Shown here: positions 46,486 through 63,118 of the stretch, one piece after another
How positions within the stretch are numbered: position 1 is the stretch's first letter
How the letters are laid out: every line of letters begins with the position of its first letter
NCBI RefSeq assembly: GCF_009914755.1
Contig: NC_060925.1
Length of the DNA stretch: 64,000 bases
Strand: one strand, 5' to 3'
From: the human T2T-CHM13v2.0 reference genome, Homo sapiens
Notes under the pieces: model-generated
Seen by the model: the letters and a program-made list of their open reading frames with translations, nothing else
Databases searched by the model: none
Told to the model about the DNA's origin: nothing
Program-made: the position numbers and the translations under genes

Positions 46486-47779
46486 CAGTAATATCAAAAC
46501 CATTATGATGTCAGTTTTATTTTTTAGAGGTGTGTATAGGTATGTGGTCATGTAATATACCTAGGAAGGCCTGGATGGGAAAGCAAATTCCATCAGTAGT
46601 TGGCTCTGGGAGATAGTGTTATGACTCAGTTCTTATTTCCTCTTCATCTTTATGAATTGTCCAAAATTTCTACAGTAACCATTTCAAACTTTTATGGTAA
46701 GGGGAAGAAAAAGTTAAAACTGTAAACCATTTAAGAATGTTATTTTATTTTTTTTCCCAGTATCACACTGCTGATAGAAGCCCAGGAGACACGGGAAATT
46801 TTGTCTCCTAACCCCTCCGCCAGAGCTCAGTCCTCTGCCCCAGTTCTATCCCATTTTAAGTCTATAAATCAACTGATTAAGGAAAACATCTAAAGTATGT
46901 GATAAAGCTACTGGTACGTTCTTGTTCCATGCCCTGCGCTGTGCTAAACACATTTTTATGTATCATCTCAGATTCTCTTAACCCTGTAAAGTAAATGTTC
47001 TTCCCATTTTATGGGTGAGAAAACCAGGGCTCTGAGAGGTTAGCTGACCTGCTCAGAGTTCATAAAAGCAGGGTTGGATTTGAAGGCCGGGCCCACCTGG
47101 CCTCAGGTGCCATCTTCCTTCCCCGTGGCCTGCCGACAAAGGTGTTCACTGTTTTCCTCTGACATAAACAGCCTGGTCTCTGATTGAGTCTAGAGGCCCT
47201 GGAACATCCTTTTTCCTCAGATTATCCACAAGGCAGAGGATCACTTCCCCTGAAATGGGGGCTGTGTCATTTCCCAACAGGCAGCCAGCCCCAGCATGTA
47301 GTTGGTGACAGAGCAAAAGACCGCCTCCTTGGGCAAAGCGTTACCCCAGAACAGGCCTTTCACTCAGAGGATTGAAGCCCAAGACTTCCTAAGTGCTGTG
47401 TGGCCTTAGCCAAGTCGCTTTCCTTCTCTGTTTCCCTCTCTGTAAAGTGGCAAGAATCTCTGGACTTAAAATTGCTATTGGGAGATCCAGGAAGTAGCAT
47501 TTAAGTCACCCAGAAGGTGGTAGATGCTCAGTGAATGATTCTGTTGTCTTACTTCATCATGACTGGGAGGCAGTGCTGCCAGCTGGAGAGATTTGGCCAA
47601 ACCAAATTCAGTCAATATTTATTGAGCGTCTGCTGTGTGCTAGACACTATGGTTATAAAAAATAAATGAGACATGCCCACAGTACTCACGGACTGTTGGG
47701 AGGCACCACATATGCACAGCCATCTCATGATATAATGTCCAGTGCTATTCCAGTGTTCATTTTAGAATCATGGAGAACG

Positions 47780-48092
47780 GGCCACATGTGGTGGCTCACA
47801 CCTATAATCTCAGCACTTTGGGAGGCCGAGGTAGGAGGATTGCTTGAGCCCAGGAACTTGAGACCAGTGTGGGCAATGTGGCAAAACCCCGTCTCTATTT
47901 GGAAAAAAAAAAGTAAAAATTAGCCAGGTGTGGTGATGCATGCCTGTATTACCAGCTACTAAGGAGGCTAAGGTGGGAGGATAGCTTTGAGCCCTGGAGG
48001 TCAAAGCTGCAGTAAGCCATGATCACAGTACTGCACTCCAGCCTGAGTGACACAGTGAGACCCTGTCTCAAAAAAAGAAAAAGAAAAAAAAA
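47780..48092 (+). mobile_element. Alu (AluJ-like) with TSD
   Basis: Flanking AATCATGGAGAA. Confidence 0.92.
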
Positions 48093-49074
48093 ATCATGGA
48101 GAATGGCTGAAGAATTGGGACCCCTCAAATGCAGGCACAGTGGTTGGGAATGTTGATGATTGACGGCACATCCACTTGATGAAGTATTCTGCAGCAATTA
48201 AAGATAATTATGACAACTTCACAAAACATGAAGATTGTTTATGGTAACTAAAAACAGCCCAGTACAAAATCGTGCATTGACTATAATGACAACTCGTTAA
48301 AATATGGATTCACTGGAACAAAGACAAAGAAGAAACGGGGAAATGAAAGCAGCTGTGTTTTATGGTCTCTAATTAGAAGGAATGTTTTAAATGTTTCAAA
48401 ATGCCCATTAATGTTTCTGGGTTTTTTTTATACTAAATCAGCTTTGATAAGGGGTTTGGGATAGGCAAATGAGACTAAGCTGTTGTCAAAGTTTTCTGCT
48501 TTAGTTGCACTGGGCGCTAGGGCTGGCTTAACTTCTTGGGAAAGTGTTAGCAAATATCTGGGCTTTTAAGGGGTAGAAAGGAACAGTTGTTGATGCAAGG
48601 AGGGGGAGCTTCTCAAACTCGGACTTGCCATCGTCTAGTGGTAAGTTTCTACTGATAGAGCACCAGACAGTGTGGCCTAGCAGGAAGGTGCATGGGCCTG
48701 GGAGCCAGACTGTCCAGGTTTAAATTCCTCTGTGCCACGCCATCGTGGTAGTACCTGCTTCGTAGAGTTATTGTGCTGATTTAGTGAGTTTAACGTAGAT
48801 AAAATGCTTAGAACACTGCCTGGCGTACAAGGAGACGTCATTTAGTGTAAGCTATGATTATGGGCCCATAAAAAGAATTCTTAACCCTACTCCACAGAGG
48901 GTTAACTAAGGTTTAGAGAAGTTAAGTGACTTACCCAAGGCCACACGACTAGTTTAGAGGCAGACCTAAGTTCCAGCCCAGGTCTCCCTGACTCCAAAGG
49001 CCTTCCTCATTCTACTCTGTGAAGCTTCACACTGGAAGCTTGGCTGGGAGCACAGGGAGTATATACTCATATTC

Positions 49075-49393
<319 letters not shown>

Positions 49394-49579
49394 TGAACAA
49401 GTGTCTCCCTCTTGGACCAACCCATTGTTTTAATGGGGATGCCCATGGAGCAGTGGAGTGGGAAGAAACCATCTCAGCCTGATGCATCTTGGCCCTCCAA
49501 GAAAGAGTGGATATGAGAGCAGCACGTCACCCTCAAAGCTTCAGCCTCAGGACAAGAGGGAATTCCTTCTCAGTACTAG

Positions 49580-49888
<309 letters not shown>

Positions 49889-50398
49889 TGATTGAGTTTT
49901 GCCACCACCAAGAAGCACCAAATGGAAATGTGGGTTTTGTTTGCAGAGCTGTAGCCGCTGGGCACAGAAGTTGCTTGAGACTGGCTGAGGTTGTTCTGTC
50001 TCCATCAGTGGCTCTGGGGAGCTGGGTCCCTGCTGACCGGAGGCAAACTCCTGTGCTCCAGGAGCCTCCAATCTAAAGGGAGAAAATAGCACTAAACAAC
50101 TAGCCAAATTCATAGGTCATGTAAGTTTGGGCAATAACAATTCCAATGAGGAAGAATAAAGTAGAGTGAGGATGAGGTGAGTTAGTTTGTTTCAGAGACG
50201 GTAGTAGTAGAGCATGCCCCAGCGATTGAGCCCTGAAAAGATCCATGCAAAACCTATCAGAGCTTAGGGATTCATTCTGATTCAAAGGTAAAACTAGATT
50301 TTGTCATCTATTTTTTCTTTTCCTTTTAGAGGGATGGGTGCTGTGGAAGAGATAGCTCCTGAATCAGCTTGAGGCTAGAACTGCATATTAATTTTTCC

Positions 50399-50558
50399 TT
50401 TTTTTTTTTTTTTTGAGACAGTCTTGCTCTGTCACCCAGGCTGGAGTGCAGTGGTACAATCTTAGCTCTCTGCAGCCTTGACCTCCTGGCCTCAAGTGAT
50501 CCCCCTGCCTCGGCCTCCCAAAGTGCCAGGATTACAGGCATGAGGCCCTGTACCTGGC
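50399..50558 (-). mobile_element. Monomer-length Alu (FRAM-like or recombined)
   Basis: Flanking TAGAACTGCATAT. Confidence 0.8.
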
Positions 50559-50904
50559 TAGAACTGCATATAATTTTATAGCTAAATAGAGCTGTGGGGA
50601 ATCCATCCTTCCTGAGGAGAAGCAGACAGAGGCGGAGGAGCAGGCTGGTGTCAGGGCTGGTGAAGCCTGCTACCGCGCTGCTCTTGAGTGGCCTCAGGCT
50701 AATGACCCTCCCTCCTTAAGCCACGCTGTCCACTTCTCTAAAGGGGGGGCCTATGAGAACATCCAAGTCACGGAAGGGAGTGGGGGTTAAATGAGATGTG
50801 CACAGGTGGCTAATATGTGCATTTTTCTTCCAACCTTCCTACTGTGTGCCCTACCACCGCCACAAGCCATCAACCAAATAGATACCTGTCACCGAAGACA
50901 GGGT

Positions 50905-51268
50905 TTCCTTAATTTTTTAACAGCTCTGTTGAGATATAATTTACATACCATAAAGTTCACCTGTTTAAAGTATACAATTCAGTGGTTTTTAGTATTTCAT
51001 AGAGTTGTGAAACCATCATCCTAATCTAATTTTAGAACATTTTGTCACCCCCAAAAGAAACCCTGTGCCCATTAGCAGTCACTCCCTGTTCCCCTTTTCC
51101 CAGCCTCAGGCAACCACTAAGCTACCTTCTGTCCCTGTAGATTTGCCTTTTTGAACACCTTCATAAATAAAGTCGTATGCTTTGTGGCCTGATATGACTG
51201 GCTTCTTTCACTGAGCATGATGATTCTGAGGTTCACCCACATCATAGCATGAATCAGTCCTTCATTCC
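50905..51268 (-). mobile_element. Old L1 (L1MB/ME-like) 3' end
   Basis: gagatataatttacataccataaagttcacc...tatacaattcagtggtttttagtat. Confidence 0.8.
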
Positions 51269-51904
51269 TCGGTGACTTTGTTTTCAAAGTGGATGGGAAG
51301 GATCACGGCCCTGAAACATCCTCTCCTCTTACGTAGGAAGGCCAGAAGGTTCTGAGGCCATTGGCCAATCCCCTTCTGACTAAGAAGGACTACCTGATGA
51401 CAAGTGCCTAAGTGGTTGCTGACGTTTGGAAACAGTAGCCTAATGGGTGAGGAGCCCAAGAGACACTGCGTGTTGGGGGTGTTGGCAGGAGAAAGCGAAA
51501 TAAACCAAAGCTGAAGAATAGGAAAGCAAAGCACAGCAGCAGGGACCGGGGGCTTCACCTGGACCACGCTTGGGGGCTGTCTCTAACTCCTGTTTGGCAG
51601 GGCAGTCTGAAAGTCTGCAGTTAGAAGACATTTCTGAACAGTAGGGTGGAGCAAGGGTCTCCACAGGGAGGTGAGCAGGATGCTTCGCTGGGTACACAGA
51701 GAGAATATTAGAACTTCAATCATTTTTTCTCTGCCTTTTAAATTATATTCCTGTACAAATTTTATAACATGCCTACCATTTAAGTTCAGGGTCACATGAC
51801 TTTAATTTGAAAACAGATACACACATATTGGAAATGTTTGCACATATGCACAGGGGTGTGCATTCCAAAACACTGGAGAAATGTTTTTAAAAATACAAGT
51901 GACC

Positions 51905-52055
51905 AGCTGGGCGCGGAGGCTCACGCCTGTAATCCCAGCTATTAGGGAGGCAGAGATGGGAGGGTAGCTTGAGCCCAAGAATTCAAGACCTGCCTGGGCA
52001 ATATAGCGAGACCCTGTTGTCCACAAAAAGGAAAAAAAAAAATACAACAACAACA
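51905..52055 (+). pseudogene. BC200 (BCYRN1) RNA retropseudogene
   Basis: Monomeric Alu domain with BC200-type tagcttgagccc, agacctgcctgggcaatatagcgagacc and ccacaaaaagg + A-rich domain. The 3' C-rich unique domain is absent. TSD AAAAATACAAGTGAC at 51889-51903 and 52056-52070. Confidence 0.8.
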
Positions 52056-52435
52056 AAAAATACAAGTGACTGAGCACTAAAAAACCCAACAATTCCTAAG
52101 CTGTTTACCCAACACATGTTTTTCCTGTGGTTGCCATGAGACTGGTAAGTTCGTTGATCCACTCGGATCCTTTTGGCCACAGTGCTGGGCACTCCGGGCC
52201 TCAGAGAACTGAACTTACTGCCCATGCTTGGCAGTTTAGAAGTGATGTCTAGGATTACCTTCAGGGGGTTGGCTTTCCTCCCTCCTTTAGGATGTAGTCA
52301 GCACAGAGCATGGGAGTCCATGGGAGAGGTGCACACGAGACCCAGTGCAAACGGCGTCTGTCACTGTGCAAACTGCCGGCTTGACTCTGTTCCTGTTCCC
52401 TCCCCTCTGTCTCCCCAAGTCCTTTGGGGTTATAG

Positions 52436-52642
<207 letters not shown>

Positions 52643-52836
52643 TGAGTTACAAATCCTTTTCCTGCTGGGCCCTGCCATTCGGGCTGCTTCTCTTTTGGGG
52701 GCCTGATGACGTATGCTGTGAAGCCACAAGGAGGCCAGAACATGCCCCAGGGCCTGGCATCCAGCATGGAGAGAGGAGCTGCTAATTTGCTGAGTTGTCA
52801 CCTGGAGGGACACCTGCCACTCAAAAGACGAAGCCA

Positions 52837-53429
<593 letters not shown>

Positions 53430-55253
53430 AGAATGTGAGAAATTTGTGGTTGGAGGCAGCCTTACTTCCCATCTTCTCCGGGGCAGATGATCGTCTCAGG
53501 GGCCTCGGAAGCATGGCCATCCCTAGGAGGCACCTGCTTGTCTGCTGGGTTGGAAAGAAAAGTTGTCATTTCTTGACTTCAGTATATCACCTCCAAATCT
53601 TCCTGAGTGGAAGGCAAAGTGCCCCCTCCTCTTTCTAAGCATGAAGTTAAATAAAAGGCAGCAGCCTGAGGGCAGGGCCTGTGTCTTGTTTGCGTTTGAG
53701 TCCTGGAGCCCAACAGAGGGCCTGGGAGGAGAGGCTCTAGGAATCTTGTAGGTGACAAAACCTGTGTAGGTACACAGGACTCAGCAGCGCACAAGGCTGA
53801 TTCAACCTGGGAAGCTCAGGCTCAGACTGAAGGTCCACCAGCTACATGGCCTCCAGGCACCATAGGAGCAGCTGCTGCTGGCCCGGTGTGAGCCCAGCTC
53901 TTTTCTCAGTGCTTTATGGAACCAGCTCATTTGGTCCTTACAACACTCCTTTGATGTACAGGATATTATCCCCATTTTGCATACGAGGAACTGATGCGGA
54001 GAGAGTAAGAGGCTAGGAAGTGGCGGAGCTGAGATCTGAACCCAGGTGTCTGGCTCCCCAGCCCATGCCCTCACCGCTCTGCTCTTCTGTCGCCTACTCA
54101 GCTTCTCCAAGACAGATTCTTCACCTGCTAATGAGAACAACAGTCCCTACCTAAGAGAATCACATGAAGCTCTTATGAGAATGTCTCTAGGGAAATGCCC
54201 GGTAAACATGAGCTGCTTCTATGATTATTGGCCTTGCTATTGTTATTTTGGTTATTATTTTTGGTCCCACTACAACAATTCCAGTCATCACCTGGAAGCC
54301 CCTGCCAGTCAAAGGCCCTGTGCTGAGCACTCCAGGTGTCACAAACATGGCTCAGATGCCACCGCCCACCTCCTAAGGAGCTACTCATTCCCTAGCCAGT
54401 GCAGCCCACTGAGGGTGCTCAGCACACAGAGATGATGAGGGTAGTCACTCACTGCCCTCAGGCATTCACGGCCCTGGCTGGGGGACAGCCAGTGAAGAAA
54501 CTAGTACAGCCAAGCTGCATGCAGTGGCTCACACCTGTAATCCCAGCTACTCAGGAGGCTGAGGCAGGAGCATTTGAGCCCCGTAGTTAGAGGCTGTGGT
54601 GAGCTGTCATTTTGCCACTGCACTCCAGCCTAGGCCACAAAGCGAAGTAAAAAAATAAAAGCAATTGAGTGGTGAGCATGGTGTAAGCAACTATGCAGAG
54701 AAAGGGCAAAGAATATCTTCCAAAACAAGGGTATTGTTTATCATAGATGGAGTGATTAGGAAGGACTCTAATTTTCTCTTTTTCCTGTATTTATTTCAGT
54801 GATCACATTATTTTTAAATTAAAAAGAAATTTTGTTTAAAAGAATAATTATGACACTAGGCAGAACGTGATTAGTGCTGTAAGAGTTTCTGGGGGCAGGG
54901 GTATAAGAGATGCAGGAATGGCTCTTTTTAGTGGGGTGGGGATACGAGGGGTGAGGAGAAGGGCATTTCAGGTGACAGGAGCCGTGCAGCCAAAGGTGTG
55001 AGACCATGATGGCATGGTTCAATTGGGAAATGGGGATGGGCCTTAGCTGTGTGTCTAGGGGAAGAGTGGGAATCAAGTATGGGCCCCAGACTAGGGATAC
55101 ACAATGTCCTGTAACATGAGGGTGGCATTTTTAGAAACCCAAGGAACATTCCTAAATGTATCATCTTCATATTTCAAACCAAACTCTACTGTTGTCAGCT
55201 CTTAGCCTTTCCAACGTCTCCACAGCCCACTGACTGGAGTGCTTTTGTGTTGA

Positions 55254-55382
<129 letters not shown>

Positions 55383-56848
55383 TAGCAGCAGGGTATTATC
55401 CCAGGGCAGAGGGAGGCTGATTCTGCTGACTTGTTCTCCCCGTAGAGTGATTTATGGGTTCATGGAGAATGTGCAGGATTTCCAGACAGAGAGACCCGGG
55501 TTTGTATCCCAGCACAGACGCACATCAGCTCTGCAAACATCACTTAACCTCTCTGAGCCTCAGCTCCACATTCATAAAATGGGAGTGATAACACTTAGCT
55601 CCTAGAATTGTAATGGGTATGATCCAAATGTGCCCTATGCCATACTGTGTGTACTTTAACAAGTTTTGCTATCTTCTAGCTCCACAACCCCCACTGGCTA
55701 AGTGACCACAAATCTCTTCTGTATAATTTTAGAGATTATGAATATGCATAGCACTGCAACATCATCAATGCTCAATAAGTGATCATTAGCATTACAGCCC
55801 CCTTTTCCTCTATTTCACCTCTAATTTTTTTTTGCATTTTCTTTCTGTAGTGGCCTCAGAGGCTGCAATCATATAAAGCTGTTTGTTAATTTGTTTAAAT
55901 GGCATAATAGGTGACTAAAATCTTCAGAGTAAAAAATCCAATAAGAACTAAGTGCTTTCCTTTGGTGAAAGCCTGGCTGTAAAGCCCTATGCTCTGCCAA
56001 CACTTAAGACAAGTGGTGCCGCAGTTCCTGTCTACACAGGAGGAACACACGAGGCGCACAGCTTCCAGGGCCCATGCTGTGAGCAGCACCAGGGGCCATG
56101 AGGCATTGACCCAGAGCAGCCAGAAGCCATAAGCTAAGTCAGGGTCAAGAAGCTTGGTCAAGAAGCGTGAAGTCCAGTCAAGGTTGAAAGGAATCACAAA
56201 CACCATGGTTGAGTGAGAACAGAAGTCAAGGCAGGGAATCAGGAGCTCAGGAATACAGCTGGAGGCCTGTGTGGGTGAGATGATTCTGGACAAAGGCTGG
56301 CTCAGGGCAGGCGCAGTAGGCCCACCCCACTCCCATACCACAGGAGTAGACCCACAGACTTGGGATCTACTGGCCACATGAGGTTAGAAAGCTCTAACAG
56401 CATAAGCACAAAGCCTTGTTTATCTATCTTAAGAAAGATGGAGGGGAGATGACTGCAGGCACAAACTGGTAAATAGGGTCTGTGGTTTGGTTAGTAAGTG
56501 TTCATTGTCGTTTTCCTGCTTTGATTATGCACTGTGGTTATGGAAGATATGACTGGGGAAAGCTGGAGGAAGGGTGCATGGGAACTCTACACCATTTTTG
56601 TGAGTCTAATATTATCCCCCAATAAAAGTTAAAAAACAACATGGAGATCAGAGGGGTCTAAGGTGGAAAAAAGTTGACAACCTGATCCCCTAAATGGCTT
56701 TTATTCCTTTCTTCTTGTAAGGCACAGTCATAAGTTTTGATCATTTTAGTTTCCTAAATGGAAGAGAGCTTAGCCAAATCCTAGACAGACTGGCAGATGG
56801 GTGATTTGAAAACAGCTCAGCGGTATTTTCTATGATTTGCTGCTGCAG

Positions 56849-56912
56849 GTGCAATATTTTACCTGGACTTCATCGGGGAGGACGTGCTGCACATCTGCAT
56901 GTTTGCACTGGG
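56849..56912 (+). CDS. NIPAL3: NIPAL3 exon 10 (GAIFYLDFIGEDVLHICMFALG)
   Basis: tttgctgctgcAG| ... GG|GTGAGT; 64 nt, phase 1-2. Confidence 0.96.
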
Positions 56913-57509
56913 GTGAGTTCTGTCCTGCTTGCCAGCCCCAAAACATTGTGTGTAGAATTCCAAGCAGGTTGCCCCTCTCTCTCCCTTATTGCTACAGCCG
57001 CCCCATCCTTTAGAGTCAGAGGAGCTGTGGGGTTTTGGAGCTTTGTCCCCAGAGGTGAGCGTTTTATTCCTCTAAGGGCTTTATCTTCCCCTTCTCTTTT
57101 GGACTCTAATCTCTTTGGCATTTCTCAAATATCACATTTTGACACATGAAAAGTCTCTCAACCTCACCTCGGATCTAAGAAATGCATATTGAAGCTACAT
57201 GAGATACCATCATTTTGCAAAAACTAACAGGATTAATAGTATTCCACATTGGCAAGAAGATGAGGAGGCCCGCCTACTACCACACTGTTAGCATACTTGA
57301 ATGTGGGAGGAAAATTTAACAACAGCAACAAAAAATCCAAACAAGCATACTTTTTGATACAGTATTCCATTCTAATCATTTATCTTGGAAAAATGCTTCA
57401 ACAGGGATGCAAATACACATGTATGAGGCTATTTATTAATTTTTAAATTAGTTGTATAAGCAAACAATTGAAAACAATAGAAATGCTCAGCAGTAGAATA
57501 CAAGTGTTA

Positions 57510-58253
<744 letters not shown>

Positions 58254-58312
58254 TTACCCTATAATCCAGCAATTTCACCTCTAGATTCTTTACCCAAAAG
58301 AAAGAGTACATC

Positions 58313-58689
58313 TGTATTAGTCCATTCTCATGTTGCTAATAAAGACATACCTGAGACTGGGTAATTTATAAAGGAAAGAGATTTAATTGACTCACAGTTC
58401 AGCATGGCTGGGGAGGCCTCAGGAAACTTACAGTCATTGCAGAAGGGGAAGCAAACACGTCCTTCTTCACATGGCAGCAGGAAGGAGAGAAGTGCCAAGC
58501 AAAGGGGGAAAAGCCCCTTATAAAGCCATCAGATCTCGTGAGAACTCACTCACTATCATGAGAACAGCATGGGGGTAACTGCTCCCATGATTCAGTTACC
58601 TCCCAGCAGGTCCCTCCCATGACACATGGGGATTGTGGGAACTACAATTCAAGATGAGATTTGGGTGGGGAAACAGCCAAACCATATCA
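58313..58689 (-). mobile_element. THE1 (THE1C-like) MaLR solo LTR
   Basis: tgtattagtccattctcat...cagccaaaccatatca; 5-bp TSD-like ACATC/GCATC; nested in an old L1. Confidence 0.92.
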
Positions 58690-58852
58690 GCATCTGTTGA
58701 CAAAATGACTCGCACATGAGTATTTATATAGTAGCTTTATTCATCATAGGTCTAAATTGGAAACAACCCAAATGTCTACCAACAGGAGAGTAGGAAAAAC
58801 ATAGTATATTCAGACAATGGGTTCTACGCAACAATTAAAATAATGAGCTATA

Positions 58853-59647
<795 letters not shown>

Positions 59648-60145
59648 TTAACTTACATGAATTAAAGAACAGACTAATTTCATCCATGGTGAGAGAAGTC
59701 AAGATAGTAGTTACCTCTGGGGAAGGGCTGGCATGAAATGGAAAGGGGCCCAGGAAAACTTTCTGAGGGGGATGGACGTATTTTCTGTCTTGAACTGGTT
59801 GATGATTCCCCAAGTAAAATTCATTCAGCTAGACATCTAGGGTTTGTGCATTTTGCTGCTTATAAATTATACCTTAATGTTTAGAAAGTATGCTTGTTTA
59901 TGTAAGCTATAGGAAAAAGGGAAAAAACAAAACAAAAAATAACCTGGAAGGCTATACACCTACCTGGCCGAGTGAGACCAGGAGTACAGGGACTCTCCAA
60001 TTTTTATTGATTTTTACTATCTATACTTCAGTAATGATTGAAATGAATGACTTCAATTTAAGAAAATGTTTTAAAAGGCAAGCTTCCGAGAATCCTGATT
60101 GAATGGAAGTGAAGAGCCATGAGAAGCTCGCCCAGGAGAGTCTAA

Positions 60146-60511
<366 letters not shown>

Positions 60512-62371
60512 TAGCTGAACATCCATATAGAATGACTGCTACTTCCTGTTTAAAAAGAGACAACCAACTGCTGTGCTGTGCCTTTATCGTGTGACTGTTC
60601 TCTCACTGTCTTTTTTCTTTTCTTTTTAATTTTGTGCAAAAGGGTAGGCAATGGCTGAGGCACCTCGGTTGGTTTTGAGCACATCTTGCCAGTTCTGTGT
60701 CTATTTGGGGATCTTTTAAATAAAATTCTGATTCATACTCAATATAATTAGGATCTGCAGCCCCAGGCTTCATGCCTGCAAATGGAAAAATCCATTCATC
60801 TAGTTGGAATGAAATGATCAGAAAGGGGAAGGAGAATGAGTGGAATGAAATTAAAATATTATAATCTCACTCCCTGGATGCCACAAGGGAGTGCATCATT
60901 CTGGAAAGCCTAATTTCCTAGCGAGCTAAGGATTCATACCGAGAAACACAAATTTAAATGTCTGTAAGCCCTGACAGTAACATAAGCATGTGAATCAGCC
61001 CAATACTGCCCAGCAGGGAGTGGTGGGACCTGCGGAGGACTGGAGAGTGCCTGTCTAGCCTAAAGGAATTCGGATTAGAAAAGTTAAGACATTGGACCAA
61101 CCTCAGATTTGCTGACCTAAACTCTGTAGGTTGCTGGTGACCATTAGCTTTCACACTTAACTCAACATTTTAATTTTATTTATACAAGATGGAACTCTCT
61201 CTAAAACATAATCTCCTGTCCTTCATTAACACAATCTCATGAACAAAATATAAACACACTGATGGTCTAGAGGACTGCTTACTCGAGAGGTTTTCATGCT
61301 GTAACGCTGTGATGCAGGTGTGTTCTCAGGGTTGACTGGTGTGCCCCTACATTAAATGGCCCCAGGGTTTATGTGTCTACTTTTTATATTAGTTCCTCCT
61401 CTCTCGTTATTAAGCTGTTGTCTGTCCTTCTTGCTGTAGCCAGCCTGCCTGAGTATAGCAACTCAATGTCAATGTGCTCCTTCAACCCAGCTTGTTCAGA
61501 TTACAAATAAAATCAAAATGAAGGAGCTCTGAGTTGGGGGCCTAAGATTTCTCCTAGGAGTTAAGTGCATGAGCTTTGGTGCATGAACTTTTTAAACGTC
61601 TAATCTGGCTGCTCAGATTCCTTTTTTGCTAACTTCCTTGTTTCTCGGCTGTGTTCCGGATAGATGAGGGCGCTGGATAGCTGAATTCCAGATAGGTGAG
61701 GTGTCAACTCTGTGTGTGCAAGTATGTGTATGTATATGTGTGTTTGTGTGTTTACAAACTATGTGTATATATCAATATCAGTATTTGTGTGTGTATATAT
61801 ATATATATATAGATGTATTTTCTGGTGGAAAATAGAAGGTAACCTAAGGTAGTCTTAGATATCAACATTCTGTGGTATGTTTGTGGGTGTGGCTCTCAGC
61901 TTTTTCTTTGTACCTTGTGACCAGTGGGAAGTCAGCTGTTGAATCAGGGAGACCCTGCCCTTGCAGTGGCTTGTCAGGACACTTCCGATTGTAGGTGTTC
62001 TGTACTGTGAAGAGCGTGGGCTTGGAGTTCAGATGACCTGGATTCAAATCCCAACTCTACCACCTTCCTGCTGTGTGACCTCCCAAGGCCTCTCATCCTC
62101 ACTTGTAACTGGGATTCCTTCTTTCAGGCTAGTGGTCATATGTGTAAAGGCCTCTTGCACGGTGTCTGGGACATGGTAGATGCCTGGTTATATTTGGTTT
62201 CACTTCCCTTTTGCTTTAAAAACCTTTGGAAGTTTCACACACTTGTTTGACCTGGTGGCAGGTAGAACATGCAGAATAAAACTGCTGAACAGTCTCAGTC
62301 TAAACAGAGGTGCTTTTCCAGCCACTTGGTTTCCCTGGTCAGCATTAGGATCTTGCCTTTTGTCTACCTAG

Positions 62372-62457
62372 ATTCATATCTTCACAACAGACAACTGCTG
62401 TTCAAGAGGTATTCAAATTCCAGAAATTTACCACATCACAATTTGGAGAGCCTTTGA
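62372..62457 (+). CDS. NIPAL3: Alternative terminal exon of NIPAL3 (DSYLHNRQLLFKRYSNSRNLPHHNLESL*), giving a 368-aa isoform
   Basis: Acceptor tcttgccttttgtctacctAG; phase-1 compatible (G+AT=Asp); open frame to TGA at 62455-62457; AATAAA downstream. Confidence 0.6.
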
Positions 62458-62489
62458 GTAATTCAAGCACCTGAAAGACTTCTTAAAAA

Positions 62490-63118
62490 TGAGAACGAGA
62501 AACAGCCCCTGACCTCCAGGAACTAGCCTGGCACTCTCAGCCAGGCCTTGGCCCTTTCCTGTGGAACAGAAACAATTTCACAGAACATCAGCAGCAGACA
62601 AGGCCACTCTGCAGCTGTGATGGATCAGGACACAAGCAGGTGGAATGGGAAGAAAAGGGTTTTTTTCCTAAAATTAAAAATAAATAAATAAATAAAAGAA
62701 CACAAACAGGACTACTCTGCTAGCCTGACTAAACATAGACAAAAAATGGACATTGTCCAAATCATGAAAAACACCAAACATCCCTCTGACCTTGCTAATG
62801 TGAGAGACTGCCGCTTCTTTACCAGGCACAGCTTTAGCTTCAATCTAGGCATCTTCTAGGTAAAAGCTAAGATCTCCAATTATGGAATTAGCCCTGCTTC
62901 CTGACAGCATCCAACCCAAAGCAAAGCCTCACTTCCTTGAACCCTCCCCAAAAATCACCTAGTCCAAGCCAACCCCACAATAACTCCTTTCTAACCCCCT
63001 CTTACATGGTTCGTGGTTCCCCGCCGTGTACACCTCTCTCATTGCAATGTGTCAATAAACCCATATTTGTTAGACTTTAGGTGTATTCCTGTTGGTCTCT
63101 GGCTGGAGGGCATTGACA
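62490..63118 (+). mobile_element. ERV1-class solo LTR (MER39/MER34-group-like; family uncertain)
   Basis: TG...CA termini (tgagaacgag ... ggagggcattgaca); AATAAA at 63054 followed by a GU-rich U5-like end. Confidence 0.65.

Noticed and set aside
51905-52055. Functional 7SL or BC200 gene
   Set aside because: No 7SL S-domain and no BC200 3' unique domain or terminator; TSD-flanked and diverged, so a retrocopy.
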